Assembly (NCBI GenBank): GCA_963829055.1
Contig: CAWHHI010000012.1
Coordinates: forward strand, 96,001 to 160,000
Reading direction: 5' to 3'
Origin: an uncultured Gemmatimonadaceae bacterium
GTDB lineage: Bacteria > Gemmatimonadota > Gemmatimonadetes > Gemmatimonadales > Gemmatimonadaceae
Length of the DNA stretch: 64,000 nucleotides
The notes beneath the pieces are model-generated. The model had not been told where the DNA came from. It made no database searches and saw only the letters and a program-made list of their open reading frames with translations. Positions 26,411 to 39,021 of the stretch are shown here, piece by piece (the stretch's first letter is position 1; each line of letters starts with the position of its first letter). A program made the position numbers and the translations under genes.

Positions 26411-28214
26411 GTGAATCTCGACCACATCCGCAATTTCTGCATCGTCGCCCATATCGACCATGGGAAGTCGACGCTTGCCGACCGCCTGATCGAGACGACC
26501 GGCACGCTGCAGAAGCGGGAGATGAAGGCCCAGGTGCTCGACACGCTCGATCTCGAGCGTGAGCGCGGCATCACGATCAAGCTCAACGCCGTGCGCATGA
26601 ACTACACCGCGCAGGACGGCGGGCTGTACGAGCTGAATCTGATCGACACGCCAGGTCACGTCGACTTTACGTACGAGGTGTCGCGTTCGCTCGCGGCGTG
26701 CGAAGGCGCGATTCTCGTCGTCGACGCGTCGCAGGGCATTCAGGCGCAGACGCTGTCGAATCTGTTCCTCGCGCTCGACGCCGGGCTCGAGATCATTCCG
26801 GTCCTGAACAAGATCGATCTGCCGGGCGCCGAGCCGGAGCGTCGCAAGCAGGAAGTGCACGATCTGATCGGCGCCGATCCCGATCGCATCCTCCTCGTGA
26901 GCGCGAAGGAAGGACTCGGCGTTCCGGAGCTGCTCGAGGAGATCGTGGCGCGCGTGCCTCCGCCGACTGGCGATCCGAACGGTCCGCTGCGCGCGCTCAT
27001 CTTCGACTCGTACTACGACCGCTATCGCGGCGCCGTCCCGACCGTGCGCGTCGTCGACGGATCGATCAAGCGCGGCATGGAGATCACGTTCGGCGCGAAC
27101 GAAGCGAAGTACGAGGTGAGCGACATCGGCTACATGCAGCTGCGCCCGGTGCCGACCGACGAGCTCGGGCCGGGCGAAGTCGGGTACGTCGTCGCGAACG
27201 TGCGCAGCGTTGCGGAGACGCGCGCTGGCGACACGATCTTCGACGCCAGCAATCGCGCAACCGACCGCACTGCCCGGCTACCAGGACGTGCACTCGATGG
27301 TGTTCGCGGGCATGTACCCGTCGGACACGTCGGCAGTACGAGCAACTGCGCGACGCGCTGGCGAAGCTCAGGCTGAACGACGCCTCGCTGCAGTACGAGC
27401 CCGAGACGTCGACGGCGCTCGGCTTCGGCTTCCGCTGCGGGTTCCTCGGACTGCTGCACATGGAGATCGTGCAGGAGCGGCTCGAGCGCGAGTTCGACCT
27501 CGACCTCGTCACGACGGTGCCTAACGTCGAGTACCACGTGTACCAGGAAGACGGCACGATGGAGCTGATCGAGAACCCGTCGAAGATGCCGGCGCCGGGC
27601 ACGTACAACCGGGTCGAGGAGCCGTACGTCAAGGCGCGCATCATGGCGCCGTCCGACTACATCGGACCGATCATGACGTTAGGCAACGAGCGGCGCGGCG
27701 ATCTACAAGAACATGACGTACCTCGACCAGGCGCGCGTCGAGTTCGACTGGGAGTTCCCGCTCGCCGAGGTCATTCTCGACTTCTTCGACCGTCTGAAGA
27801 CGATCAGCCGCGGCTACGCCTCGCTCGACTACGAGATGCTCGGCTACCGCGCCGAGCGATCTCGTGAAGCTCGACATGCTGATCAACGGCGATCCGGTCG
27901 ACGCGTTCAGCGTGATCATCCACAAGGACAAGGCCTACGAGTACGGCCGCAAGATCGCCGACAAGCTCCGCGAGCTGATCCCGCGGCAGCTGTTCGAGGT
28001 CGCGATCCAGGCGGCGATCGGGAACAAGATCATCGCGCGATCGTCGGTGAAGGCGCTGCGGAAGGACGTGCTCGCGAAGTGCTACGGCGGCGACATCACG
28101 CGCAAGCGCAAGCTCCTCGAGAAGCAGAAAGAGGGCAAGAAGCGCATGAAGCAGGTCGGAGCGGTCGAGATTCCGCAGGAAGCATTTCTCGCGGTGCTGC
28201 AGGTCGACGACTAA
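26411..28214 (+). CDS. lepA: Elongation factor 4 LepA (frameshifted)
   Basis: [59 protein letters not shown]. Confidence 0.98.
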
Positions 28215-28307
28215 CGGAGCCGTGTTCGAGATGTTGAGCGCAGGCGATCCTGGCGCCAGGGCCTGCTCGCCTGCCCTCGACATCGAAAGCAACCCACGAG
28301 CATCGTC

Positions 28308-29351
28308 GTGCAATTCTCGCTCGTCATCCAGACTTCGTTTCTCGGCGACGTCGTGCTCACGACGCCGCTGTTGGCCGAGTTGGCGACGCGTGGACCTGTG
28401 CATGTCGTCGCTACGCCGAGCGGTGCGCCGCTCCTCGCGAGAAACCCTGACGTCGCGAGCGTCACGATCTACGACAAGCGCGGCTCGGCACGCGGCGTCG
28501 GCGGGCTGGCGAATGTCGCGGCCGAACTGAGTCAGGCTCGCGCTCGTGCCATGACACGTGGGGCGACGGATGCCGTGGCGTACCTCGCCCAGGGTTCGGT
28601 GCGCAGCGCCGCACTCGCGCGACTCGCGGGGTTCAAGGGACGCGTCGGATTCACGACGTCCGCCGGCCGCTGGCTCTACACACGACGCGTGCCGTATCGC
28701 GACGATCGCCACCACGCGGAGCGACTCTGGAGCCTCGCGGCCGAGAGCCCCGAGGCAGCGCCAACGCGAGAGCAGTTGCGACCACGCTTGTTCCCAGGTG
28801 GCGCCGAACGCGAGACCGTCGACCGGTTGCTGGCGAGTAACGTGAGTGGCGACAAACCGCTGGTCGCGCTCGCGCCCGGCAGCGTCTGGGCAACAAAGCG
28901 GTGGCCGTTCTACCCCGAGCTCGCGCGCCTGCTCTCGCGACGCGCACGTCTTGTCGTGATCGGCGCGAAGGATGACGCGCCGATCGCTGCGGAGATCGCG
29001 GCCGCGGCGGATGGCGGCGTCATCGACGCGACGGGACAGCTGTCCTTGTTAGGCTCGGCGGAGATGATCCGTCGATGCACAGTGCTCGTGACGAACGACT
29101 CGGCACCACAACATCTCGCGTCCGCGATGGGAACACCGACGGTGACTGTATTCGGCCCGACGGTTCCAGAGTTCGGCTTCGGCCCGTTGGCTCCGCGCTC
29201 GGCCACTGCCGGCGTCGTGGGACTCGAGTGCCGCCCTTGCGACCGACACGGTCCGATGCAATGCCCGTTAGGCCACTGGCGATGCATGCGCGAGTTGGCC
29301 GCATCGGACATCGCCGCGATCGTCACGCGCGTCGAGTCAGGCACGTCATGA
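28308..29351 (+). CDS. waaF: LPS heptosyltransferase II (GT9)
   Basis: FLGDVVLTTP, LAPGSVWATKRWP, VTNDSAPQHLASAMGTPTVTVFGPT, C.PC...C..GH..CM. Confidence 0.88.
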   Translation: MQFSLVIQTSFLGDVVLTTPLLAELATRGPVHVVATPSGAPLLARNPDVASVTIYDKRGSARGVGGLANVAAELSQARARAMTRGATDAVAYLAQGSVRSAALARLAGFKGRVGFTTSAGRWLYTRRVPYRDDRHHAERLWSLAAESPEAAPTREQLRPRLFPGGAERETVDRLLASNVSGDKPLVALAPGSVWATKRWPFYPELARLLSRRARLVVIGAKDDAPIAAEIAAAADGGVIDATGQLSLLGSAEMIRRCTVLVTNDSAPQHLASAMGTPTVTVFGPTVPEFGFGPLAPRSATAGVVGLECRPCDRHGPMQCPLGHWRCMRELAASDIAAIVTRVESGTS

Positions 29352-30117
29352 CTCTCGTCGGCGTAGTCCTCGCGCTTGCCGTCGGCCTCGTGCTCGGACT
29401 ACTTGGCGGCGGCGGATCGATTCTCGCCGTGCCGATCTTTCTCTATGTGTTTCACGTTCCGCCAAAGCCCGCGATCGCGATGAGTCTCGTCGTCGTCGGC
29501 ATGAGCGCATTGGTCGGATTTCTGACGCACTGGCGCCAAGACACGGTGAACGTGCGCATTGCGGTGCTGTTCGGCGTGCTCGCGATGGTCGGGCGCGTTC
29601 GCCGGCGCCCGCGTCGCGCGCTTCGTACCTGCGCCTGTGCAGCTCATGCTGTTCGCGCGCGTTCGCGTTCACCGCCGCGATCATGATGCTTCGCGATTCG
29701 CTACGCCGTCCTCGCGCCGTCTCGGCACCGACGGATGGCTCGCCGCCACTGCGTTTCTCCCGATGCTCGGCGGCACAGGCGGTCGCGGTCGGCGTCCTCA
29801 CGGCACTGATCGGCGCGGGCGGCGGCTTCCTCATCGTGCCCGCGCTCGTGCTGATGGCGAACGTCCCGGTAAAGGAAGCGGTTGGGAGCTCGCTTCTCAT
29901 CATCGCGATGAATGCCAGCAGCGGCGTGGCCGGCTACCTCGGCCAGGTAGCTTTCGACTGGCGACTCGTGGGGTGGTTTACGAGCGTGGCGGCAATCGGC
30001 GCCGTTGCGGGAACGCAATTCATGCGACGACTGCCAGCCGCGCGCATCAAGCAGGGGTTTGCTATAATGATTCTCGTCCTCGGCACATACCTCGTTATTC
30101 GTCGTCTGACGCAATAG
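29348..30117 (+). CDS. TauE/SafE (TSUP) family membrane transporter (frameshifted)
   Basis: GLLGGGGSILAVP and GAGGGFLIVPAL repeats; hydrophobic. Confidence 0.88.
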
Positions 30118-30183
30118 GCCACACACCCAGCGTCAGGCGCGCGCTCCGCTCCGCGTCTCTGTTCCCTTCTCTCCGCGACTCAC

Positions 30184-31187
30184 ATGCCTCCTCGGAAACG
30201 ACAGCGCTACATCCTCGGCGTTGACCTCGGCGGCACGAACATCGTCGCCGGCGCGATGCCGGAGGACGGTAGCCGCGAGATCGCGATGCGCTCCGAGCCG
30301 ACGCTCGCCGATGAGGGTGCGGACGCCGTCGTGAATCGGATCGCGCGCATGATCGAGACGGTCATCGCGCAGACCATCGCCGAGACCGGCGCGGAGCGCG
30401 AGTGACTTCGCCGGGGTCGGTATTGGCTCGCCAGGTCCGCTCGATCGTGAGAAGGGTATTGTGATCGTCACGCCGAACCTCGGCTGGCGGAATTTCCCGC
30501 TGCGGGACGAGGTCGCGAACCGCGTCGGGTTGCCGGCATCACTCGACAACGATGCGAACTGCGCGACGCTCGGCGAGTGGTGGTGCGGCGCGGCGAAAGG
30601 TGCGACGTCACGTGGTCGGCCTCACGATCGGCACCGGCATCGGCGGCGGCCTCATTCTCGATGGTCGACTCTTTCACGGCGCGTCGGACGTCGCCGGTGA
30701 GATCGGGCACACGACCATCGATTCGACCGGACGTCGCTGCAAGTGCGGCAACTACGGATGCCTCGAGGCGTATGCGTCGGGCCCGGCGATCGCCGAGCGC
30801 GCACGCGAGGCGTTGGCTGGCGGCGAGCCATCGACGCTGCTGGAGCTCGTCGGCGGAGACCTGACACGCATCACCGCGCAGCTCGTGTACGAAGCGTCGA
30901 AGCAGGATGACGACGTGGCTCGGCAGGTGGTGCGCGAGACGGCGAACTTTCTCGGTGCCGGCGTCGCTAACCTGCTCAACATTTTCAACCCGGACGTCGT
31001 GGTCATCGCCGGCGGTGTGACGCAGGCGGGCGAGCCGCTGTTCGAACCGTTGCGCGCGGAAGTGCGTCGGCGCGCGTTCCGGCCGGCGGTCGAGGCCTGT
31101 CGCATTGTGCCCGGTACATTGAAGGGATCGGCGGGCGTCGTGGGCGCGGTGGCCACGTTCAAGCAACAAGTACTCGACGGAATGTGA
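30184..31187 (+). CDS. ROK-family sugar kinase (glucokinase-like), frameshifted
   Basis: GVDLGGT, DNDANCA.LGE, GTGIGGG, GEIGH, C.CGN.GCLE. Confidence 0.92.
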
Positions 31188-32189
31188 TGGAGGGTGGTGA
31201 GCGCAAACGACGCATCGGGGTCATCGGGACGTTCGTCTGGGACGTGATCTACGGACGCGATCCACGCGAGCTGCCCGTGCGAGGAATGGGGCGGCATCAC
31301 ATACGCGCTCAGTGCGTTCGACGCCGCTCTCCCCGACGACTGGGAGATCGTGCCGCTCGTGAGGGTCGGAGACGATCTCGCGAACGAGGCGCGTCGCTTC
31401 CTCGGCACGCTGCGACGCGTCGGCGCCCGACGCGGCACCGATCGCGGTGCCCTATCCCAACAACCGCGTCGAGCTGCGCTACTTCAGCGACGAGCGCCGA
31501 AGCGAGCGGCTCTCGGGCGGCGTGCCGCCGTGGAACTGGCTCGGGCTCAAGCCACTGCTCGGCGATCTCGATGCGCTGTACGTCAATCTGATCAGCGGAT
31601 TCGAGCTCGAGCTCGAGACGGCGCAGCTGATCCGGCAACATTATCGCCGGGCCGATCTACTGCGATCTGCACTCGCTCATGCTGAGCGTGCAGCCCACGG
31701 GATTTCGCGCGCCGCGCCCACTCGAGAACGTCGCCGCGTGGTGCGCGTGCTTCGATCTGCTGCAGGTGAACGAGGACGAGCTCGCGCTGATGGCGCCGGA
31801 CCCGATGGCGCTCGCCGCGACGGCATTCTCGAACGGCATTCGATCGTCTCGTCGTCACGCTCGGGAGTCGCGGCGTCGTGTACTTTGCCGCACCGGGTTT
31901 CGATGCCCTCGTCCGACCTGTCGCGGCAACCACTTGGCATCGGTACCGGCGATCGGTCCGGTGCGAACCGCGCTCGTGCCCGCCGATCAGGTCCGCGGCA
32001 CGGCTCGATGCCGGCGATCCGACTGGATGCGGCGATGTCTGGGGCGCGACCTATTTCTCCCGGCTGCTTGCCGGTGATAAGTTGTCCGACGCGATGCGCG
32101 CGGCGATGCGCGCCGCAGCACGCAACGTGGAGCACCGGGGTGCCACCGGGCTCGCGCATTACCTCCGCGGAGAGCTCAGCCCGACGTGA
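31187..32189 (+). CDS. PfkB/ribokinase-like carbohydrate kinase (frameshifted)
   Basis: IGTFVWD, GGITY, LQVNEDE, GDPTGCGDVWGA. Confidence 0.75.
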
Positions 32190-33078
32190 CCACCGTCATC
32201 AACGTTCCGCCCTCGCTCGACGACGCGACGATCGAGCAGGTCCTGGATCAGGTGGCCCCGCTCCCGCGCGATCAGAAGGTGCTCATCGACGCCCGCCACA
32301 CGCGGTGGGCGTCGCCGTACGGCCTCACGACGCTGCTGACGATCGGGCAGACACGCGCCGAGCGCGCCGTCGTTCACGGGCCCGGAGAACGACGACACCG
32401 CGTCCTACTGGGCGCGCACGGGGTTCTACAAGCACGCCGAGCAGGTCTTCGAGTCTGCACGGCCACGTGCCGCGTGCGCCGGAACGGCGGCGAGTCGAGC
32501 GTGCTGCTCGAGATCACGCCCGTCGCCAAGAGCGAAGACGTCCACGACGTGGTCGAGCGCATTCAGCAGAAGGCGCAGGCCATTCTCGTGAACGAGCTGC
32601 ATCTCGACCCACAGGCGACGATGCGCTTCGCGATGACGCTCTCCGAAGCGTGTCAGAACATCGTCGAGCACGCGCAGCGCGGCGGTTGGGTCGCCGTGCA
32701 GACGTACACGTGGCGACAGCGACTCGGACGACGCGTGGTGCAGATCGCCGTCTGCGACGCTGGCATCGGATTTCGCGCATCGCTCGAGAGCGCGCACGGT
32801 CGTCGCATGAGCGATCGATGGGATGATGGCATGGCGCTCGAGGACGCGGTGATCCGCGGCGTGAGCCGCTTTCGCGATCCAGGGCGCGGGCAGGGCCTCG
32901 CCGGCGTACGACGCTTCGTCGGCAAATGGGATGGCAAGCTATCGGTCCGCAGCGGTACCGCGCGGATCGCGATCGTGCCGAGTTGGGATGAGGACGTCCC
33001 CTTGGTTGAAGATCTGGCTCCGTTTCCCGGATCGCGCAGATCCAGATCACGATTCCAGAACGGATACCTCCGCGGTGA
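32186..33078 (+). CDS. STAS-like N-terminal domain plus HATPase_c (anti-sigma/Ser kinase-like) protein
   Basis: N-box LSEACQNIVEHA, G1 VCDAGIGF, G2 GRGQGL; no HisKA domain seen. Confidence 0.75.
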
Positions 33079-33632
33079 TCAACCACATCGATGTGAGCTC
33101 GGTGCTGCGACGCACCGTGTGCGACCTCTACTCGAACCTCGTGACGCGGCCCACGGGCGCTGCCGTGCGGACCGAGATCGAGAATCTGCTGGCGGCGTGG
33201 CGAGGGCCGTCGCTGACGGTGATCGACTTCTCGCACGTGAACCTGCTCGACTTCTCCTGCGCCGATGAGGTGGTGGCGAAGCTGCTGTTGCGGTTCGAGG
33301 GCGGCGCACCGCCGCAGGACGCGTACTTCCTGCTGCGTGGCGTCCGCGAGGACCATCTCGACGCCATCGAGGCGGCGCTCGAGCGCTACCAGCTCGCACT
33401 CGTTATGCAGGACGAGCGACGGCGACGCTGCTGCTCGTGGGAACCGTGAACGACGCCCAGCGGCGCGCCTGGCAGGCGTTGCGGGAGCTCGGCCGCGGCG
33501 CCGCCGACGAGCTCGCGACCGCGCTCGGGGAGGCGCCAGCGTACGCCGCGGCGTTGCTCGCCGACGCTCCACGAGCGACGTCTCGTCATGCGGTTCGACG
33601 ATACCTACGTACCGCTCGGGGCGACGCAGTGA
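33075..33632 (+). CDS. STAS-like (DUF4325-like) domain with possible C-terminal wHTH
   Basis: TRPTGAAVR...TVIDFSHVNLLDFSCADEVVAKL; C-terminal AADELATALG helix pattern. Confidence 0.55.
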
Positions 33633-33938
33633 GTCAGGTCTACAACCCACCGCTGCAGGTCGTCGGCTTCATCGCGCACGCGGTCCGGCGATGAAGAGCG
33701 CGGGCCGCAGGTCCGGTCTGAACGCCGACGAGGCGCGATTCCGGCTGCTCGTCGACGGAGAGCTGGTGTGGATCTACGGGCCGCGACGTCACGAGCTGGC
33801 GCCGGTGCTCATCGACGACGCCGTCCCGCGCGGCGGCGTCGTCGTGCGGGACATTGCCGGCGCTCACGGTCATCGGAGATCGTGCGGCTCGTGAAGCCGA
33901 ACCTCGACGCCCGCCCCGACCGCGGCGCCTACGCCTAA
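33629..33938 (+). CDS. Small double-psi-barrel (molybdopterin dinucleotide-binding/ADC-like) protein
   Basis: VRLNADEARFRLLVDGELVWIYGPR...IDDAVPRGGVVV pattern. Confidence 0.55.
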
Positions 33939-33952
33939 CGCAGCCGGACCTC

Positions 33953-35115
33953 ATGCCTCGACCGCCACGCCGTCTCGGTCTGTCCACGCTCGCCGTCACC
34001 GGCGGCGTCGGCGCACAGCGAGGCCGACACGCCCGTCGTGCAGCCGCTCGTCCAGTCGGTGAATTTCATGCAGGAGGTCGGCACGGCCGACGGCCTCCGC
34101 TACCCGCGGTACGGCAACGCGCCTAACGCCGAGGTCGTCCAGCGGCGGCTCGCGATGATGGAGGGCGCCGAAGCGAGCGCTCGTCCTCGCGAGCGGCATG
34201 GGCGCAACCGCCTGCGCACTGCTCGCCCTGCTCCGCCCCGGCGATCATCTGCTCGCCAGCAGCTGGATCTACGGCGGGACGCGGCTCCTGTTCACGCAGG
34301 AGTTCGCGACCATGGGCATCGACGTCACACTCGTCGATCCCATGGAGACGCGCGCCTGGCGCAAGCGCATGCGCAAGGAGACGCGCGCGATCTTCGTCGA
34401 GTCGCCGGTGAATCCCGACGTGTCGCGTGCTCGATCTGCGCCCGATCAGCTACCTCACGAAGGAGGGCGGCCTCGCGCTCGTGGTCGATTCCACGTTCGC
34501 GAGCCCGGTCAACTTCCGCCCCATGGAGCACGGCGCCGACGTCGTGATCCACTCGGCCACGAAATACCTGAATGGGCACCACGACGTGCTGAGCGGCGTC
34601 GTGTTAGGCACCGCGCCGTACATCGAGGAGGTGCGGCAGAAGATGATCGTGTGGGGCCAGGCGCCCGACCCATTCGCCTGCTGGCTGCTCGAACGCGGGC
34701 TCAAGACGCTCGACGTGCGCGTCGACGCGCCAGAACGAGAACGCGGGGCGCATCGCGGAATGGTGCCACTCGCGGAAGGAAGTGCGGCACGTTCACTATC
34801 CTGGACTTGGCCGACCATCCCGACCACGAAGTGGCGCGCACGTTCCTCGACGGTTTCGGCGGGATGCTCGGCCTCGAGCTCGTGGGTGGCGCAAAGAGCG
34901 CGGAGCGCTTCATTCGGCGCCTGCATCTCATCAAGCACGCGCCCAGTCTCGGCGGCGTCGACTCGCTCGTCTCCGAGCCGCGCTTCTCGTCGCATTCACA
35001 TCTCACCAGCGAGGAGCGCGCGGCGCTCGGCATTCCCGACGGATTCCTTCGCCTGAGCATTGGCATCGAGAACGCCGACGACCTCATTGCCGATATCGAG
35101 CAAGCGCTGAAATGA
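33953..35115 (+). CDS. Cys/Met metabolism PLP-dependent enzyme (cystathionine gamma-synthase / Met gamma-lyase family)
   Basis: YPRYGN, SGMGA, VESPVNP, VDSTFASP, HSATKYLNGHHDV, SLGGVDSL, LRLSIGIEN. Confidence 0.93.
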
Positions 35116-36233
35116 GCGTCGCCCAGGTTCCGACGCAAACCGGCCCGGACGATCGACGTCGCGACGAACGGCGGCTGAATTCACGACTCGCGGATCTGTC
35201 GGTCCCGGAGTTCCGGCGTATCGGGCTCACGTGGCTGTTGACCGTGATCGTCGTGCTGTTGTTCCTGTGGATGGTGCGGCAAGGTGCTCATCGCGGGTAT
35301 CCTCGCGATCATCATCGCGGCCTACCTCCGCCCGCTCTACAAGTTCTTTCTCAAGCGACTGAATCGACGCATGGCGAGCGCGGTCCTCACGCTGCTCGTC
35401 GTCATCGTCCCGGTGCTCGGCGCGCTCGCCTACAGCTACCTCGAGCTCGTCGACGTGCTCGGCTACATCTCGGCGCACCAGATCGGAGGTCGCGACGCAG
35501 ATCGACGAATCGATCCGGCGTCTGCCCGTTCCTCGCGAACTTCAACGCGACCGAGACGATACGCACGATACGTCCTGCTCGTCTCGGACTACGGGACAAA
35601 GATCCCGGCGCGTCATCGGGAGGCCGTCGTCGAGCTGTCGGTCGCCGGCAACGATCTTCCTGCTGACGGCTGCGTATGTGTTTACGGATGCAGACTCGAT
35701 CGTCAGTTATGTGAGGAGCAAGGTTCCGCAGCGCTATGACCGGCTGCGCGAAGTCGTTGGTGACGAACGTCACGGGGGTGCTGTACGGGGCGATCTACTC
35801 GACGCTCCTGACGCAGGGCCTCAAGACGCTCGTCATTTTTCTGATGAACCTGGTCTTCGGGGTGCCGCTCGCGGCGGTGCTGGCGATCCTCTCGTTCATC
35901 ATCGGGTTCTTCCCGATCGTCGGATCGTGGAGCGTGTACGTACCGGTCGCGGCCTGGCTTCTCGTGTTTCGGGACAGCCCGATAAAGGCTGGATTGATGG
36001 TGCTGGTTGGGTTCCTTCTGAATACACTGTTCATCTCGACGTACCTGCGCCCCAAGATCGCGGCTGAGCGTTCTGGGGTACTGAACTTTTACTGGATGTT
36101 CGTTGCGCTCGTGACGGGGGTTTACACGTTCGGGCTCGCCGGCATCCTGCTCGGTCCCGATTCTCATCGGCTTGCTCAAGGCGGTCGTGGACTCGGTGAC
36201 GTCCCAGACCAGCTGGCGGCTTCTGGACGCTGA
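35112..36233 (+). CDS. AI-2E family (PerM-like) transporter; 3' end approximate
   Basis: AYLRPLY, FFPIVGS, YLRPKI, GVYTFGLAGILLGP. Confidence 0.85.
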
Positions 36234-36277
36234 GGACGGTGCCGGGTAGCCGAAAGAGAACGAGGAGAGGTGTAGCG

Positions 36278-36976
36278 GTGATTCGGTTCCAACACGTCTA
36301 CAAGGAATATCCGCGCACTGGCCTGGCGCTTCAGGACGTGTCGCTGTTCGTGGGCAAAGGCGAGTTCGTATTCCTCACGGGCCCGAGCGGCGCCGGCAAG
36401 AGCTCGCTGCTCAAGCTGGTGTACATGGAGGAGCTACCCACTCGCGGTGACATGTGGGTGAGCGGTGTGCGCGCAAAGGGAGTGAAGCGTCGTGACGTGG
36501 CGAAGCTTCGACGCAAGCTCGGTGTCGTGTTCCAGGACTTCCGGCTGCTCGAGGATCGCACGGCCGAAGCGAACATCGCGTTCGCCCTCGAGGTCATCGA
36601 CACGCCGCGGGCGGCGATTCCCGCCAAGGTCTCGCGAGCACTCGCGCAGGTCGGCCTTTCCGCGAAAGCGACCAGTCTGCCGAGCGAGATGAGTGGCGGC
36701 GAGCAGCAGCGCGTCGCGATCGCGCGCGCGCTGGTGAACGATCCGTTCGTTCTCATCGCGGACGAGCCCACGGGCAACCTCGACGAGCGCGCGACGCGCG
36801 GCGTATTCCAGTTGCTGCGCGACATCAACGCGTCGGGAACGGCCGTGATGATGGCGACACACAACCTCGAGCTCGTGCGGCGCGCCGGCTATCGCACGAT
36901 CGAGATCAACCGCGGTCAGGTCGTGTTCGACTCCGCGGACGCCGACGCCAAGAAGAAAGCGGAGAGCCTCGCATGA
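36278..36976 (+). CDS. ftsE: Cell division ATP-binding protein FtsE
   Basis: GPSGAGKS, VVFQDFRLL, SGGEQQRVAIARA, ADEPTGNLD; directly upstream of ftsX. Confidence 0.93.
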   Translation: MIRFQHVYKEYPRTGLALQDVSLFVGKGEFVFLTGPSGAGKSSLLKLVYMEELPTRGDMWVSGVRAKGVKRRDVAKLRRKLGVVFQDFRLLEDRTAEANIAFALEVIDTPRAAIPAKVSRALAQVGLSAKATSLPSEMSGGEQQRVAIARALVNDPFVLIADEPTGNLDERATRGVFQLLRDINASGTAVMMATHNLELVRRAGYRTIEINRGQVVFDSADADAKKKAESLA

Positions 36977-37821
36977 GACTCGCCCTTCGCGAGACGATGA
37001 TCGGCTTCCGGCGCGCGCCGATGCTGAGCGTGCTGAGCATCACGACGATCGCATTTTCGCTGTTCGCATTCGGTCTCTTCTCGCTCGTCGCGCTGAACAT
37101 CCGCAAGACGCTGAGCGACGTCGAGTCACGCGTCGAGATCCGCGCGTTCCTCGCCGATGGCACCTCAGTGGAAGTCGTGTCGGCCGCCATGAGCGATATC
37201 GGCGCGTTCCCCGAAGTGAGCCGCGTCGAGTACGTCTCGCCCGATTCCGCGCTCGCACGCGCACGCTCGGAGCTTGGCGAGTTCAAGGACGTGTTCGAGA
37301 GCGCGTTCCTGCCTGCGTCCATCGACGTGCGCCTGCGTGAGGGCCATCGGGATCCCGTCGCCGTTCGCGCGGTGGCCGCGCGCATCAAGTCGTTCGAGTT
37401 CGTCGACGACGTTCGCTACGGCGAGGATTGGGTCGACAAGCTCTATCGCATTCGCAACATCGCGACAGCAGCCGGCGTCGTCCTCGGGCTCGCGTTCGCC
37501 GCAGTCGCCATCATCATCATCGGCGCGACGATTCGCATGGCCGTGATGGCGCGAGCACGCGAGATCTCGATCATGCGGCTTGTCGGCGCGACAGACGCAT
37601 TCATTCGGCGACCATTCCTGATCGAAGGTTTTCTCAAAGGAATACTCGGCGGACTGCTCGCGCTGGCGCTGACCTGGTTCGCGAGCGTCGTCATCAGCCG
37701 CAACTTCATCCAGACGGAGTTCTTCTCGCGCGGACTCGCATCGCTCGGCATTCTGGGCGGCGCCGTGATCGGCGTGCTCGGCAGCTCACTCTCGGTGGGA
37801 CGCCACCTGCGGAAAATCTGA
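36973..37821 (+). CDS. ftsX: Cell division permease FtsX
   Basis: TIRMAVMARAREISIMRLVGATDAFIRRPFLIEG. Confidence 0.93.
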   Translation: MRLALRETMIGFRRAPMLSVLSITTIAFSLFAFGLFSLVALNIRKTLSDVESRVEIRAFLADGTSVEVVSAAMSDIGAFPEVSRVEYVSPDSALARARSELGEFKDVFESAFLPASIDVRLREGHRDPVAVRAVAARIKSFEFVDDVRYGEDWVDKLYRIRNIATAAGVVLGLAFAAVAIIIIGATIRMAVMARAREISIMRLVGATDAFIRRPFLIEGFLKGILGGLLALALTWFASVVISRNFIQTEFFSRGLASLGILGGAVIGVLGSSLSVGRHLRKI

Positions 37822-39021
37822 TGCGGGGCGCGCGTCTCGTTTGCCTGCTGGCTCTGCTCGTCGCGCCCGTCGCGATGCGCGCGCAGCAGCCGCACGCCGA
37901 GCGGCGAAGCGAAGATTCGCGCGCAGCGCGATGAGCTCGAGCGCATCCGCCGCGAGCGCGAAGAACTGCAGCGCAACATGAGCGACCTGCAGTCCAAGGC
38001 GCACGACCTCGGCGAGGAAGTGACGAACCTGCACCAACAGGCGGACGCCACGGCACGCGTGGTCCGTTCGCTCGACGTCCAGCTCGAGACGATTACCACC
38101 GAGGTCGACGGCACCACGTCCAGCCTCCTGCGAGCCGAGGACGAGCTAGCGGTGAAGAAGGCGGTGTTGCAGCGCCGGCTGATCGACATCTACAAGCGCG
38201 GCCCGCTCTACACCACGCAGGCGTTGCTCGCCGCCCGCACGTTCGGCGAGCTGCTCGGACGCTACAAATACCTGCACGAGCTCGCGGTGCGCGATCGGTC
38301 CCTCGTCACGCGCGTCGAGGATCTGTACGATCAGGTGGCCAAGCAGCGACAGCAGCTCGTTAGGCTCCGTGAGGAGTTCGAACGTAGTCGCCAGGAGAAG
38401 CAGGACGAGGAGGGCCGACTGCGCACGCTCGAGGAGACTCGCGCGAAGAACCTCAGCGTCGTCAAGCGGTCGGCGAAGGAAACGCAGGCTCGGCTCGCCG
38501 CCATCGGTCGCGACGAGACTCGCTTGACGAACGTGATCGCCGCGTTCGAGGAGGCGCGCCGTAAGGCGGCGGAACGCCCGAACGCGCCGGCGGTTCTCAG
38601 CAGCAGCACGCTCAAGACGAGCGACTTCGGCAAGCTGGATTGGCCGGTGGACGGCGACATCATCTACCGTTTCGGCCGAGCGGTGAACCCGAACAACACG
38701 ACGGTCCGGTGGAACGGCGTCGGCATCGCAGCAGCGAGCGGTGCGTCGGTCAAGGCCGTCGCGGCAGGCGAGGTGATGGTGGCCGAGCCGATCGGGACGT
38801 ACGGACTCACCGTCATCGTGCAGCACGGCGGCGGCGACTATTCGGTGTACGGCTCGCTCTCTCGCGCCGACGTGCAGAAGGGTCAGCAGGTGATCAAGGG
38901 CCAGGTCATCGGCGCGGTTGGAATCTCGGACCCCGAGTTGGTGGCGCACCTGCACTTCGAGATCCGCCCCAAGGGTCGCGCGATCGACCCGCTGGTCTGG
39001 CTGCGCGGCGAGCAGAAATAG
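37821..39021 (+). CDS. envC: EnvC-like coiled-coil M23-family murein hydrolase activator
   Basis: Long coiled coil, WPVDG, degenerate M23 site (WNGVGI), LHFEIR...DP..WL; in ftsEX operon. Confidence 0.85.
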
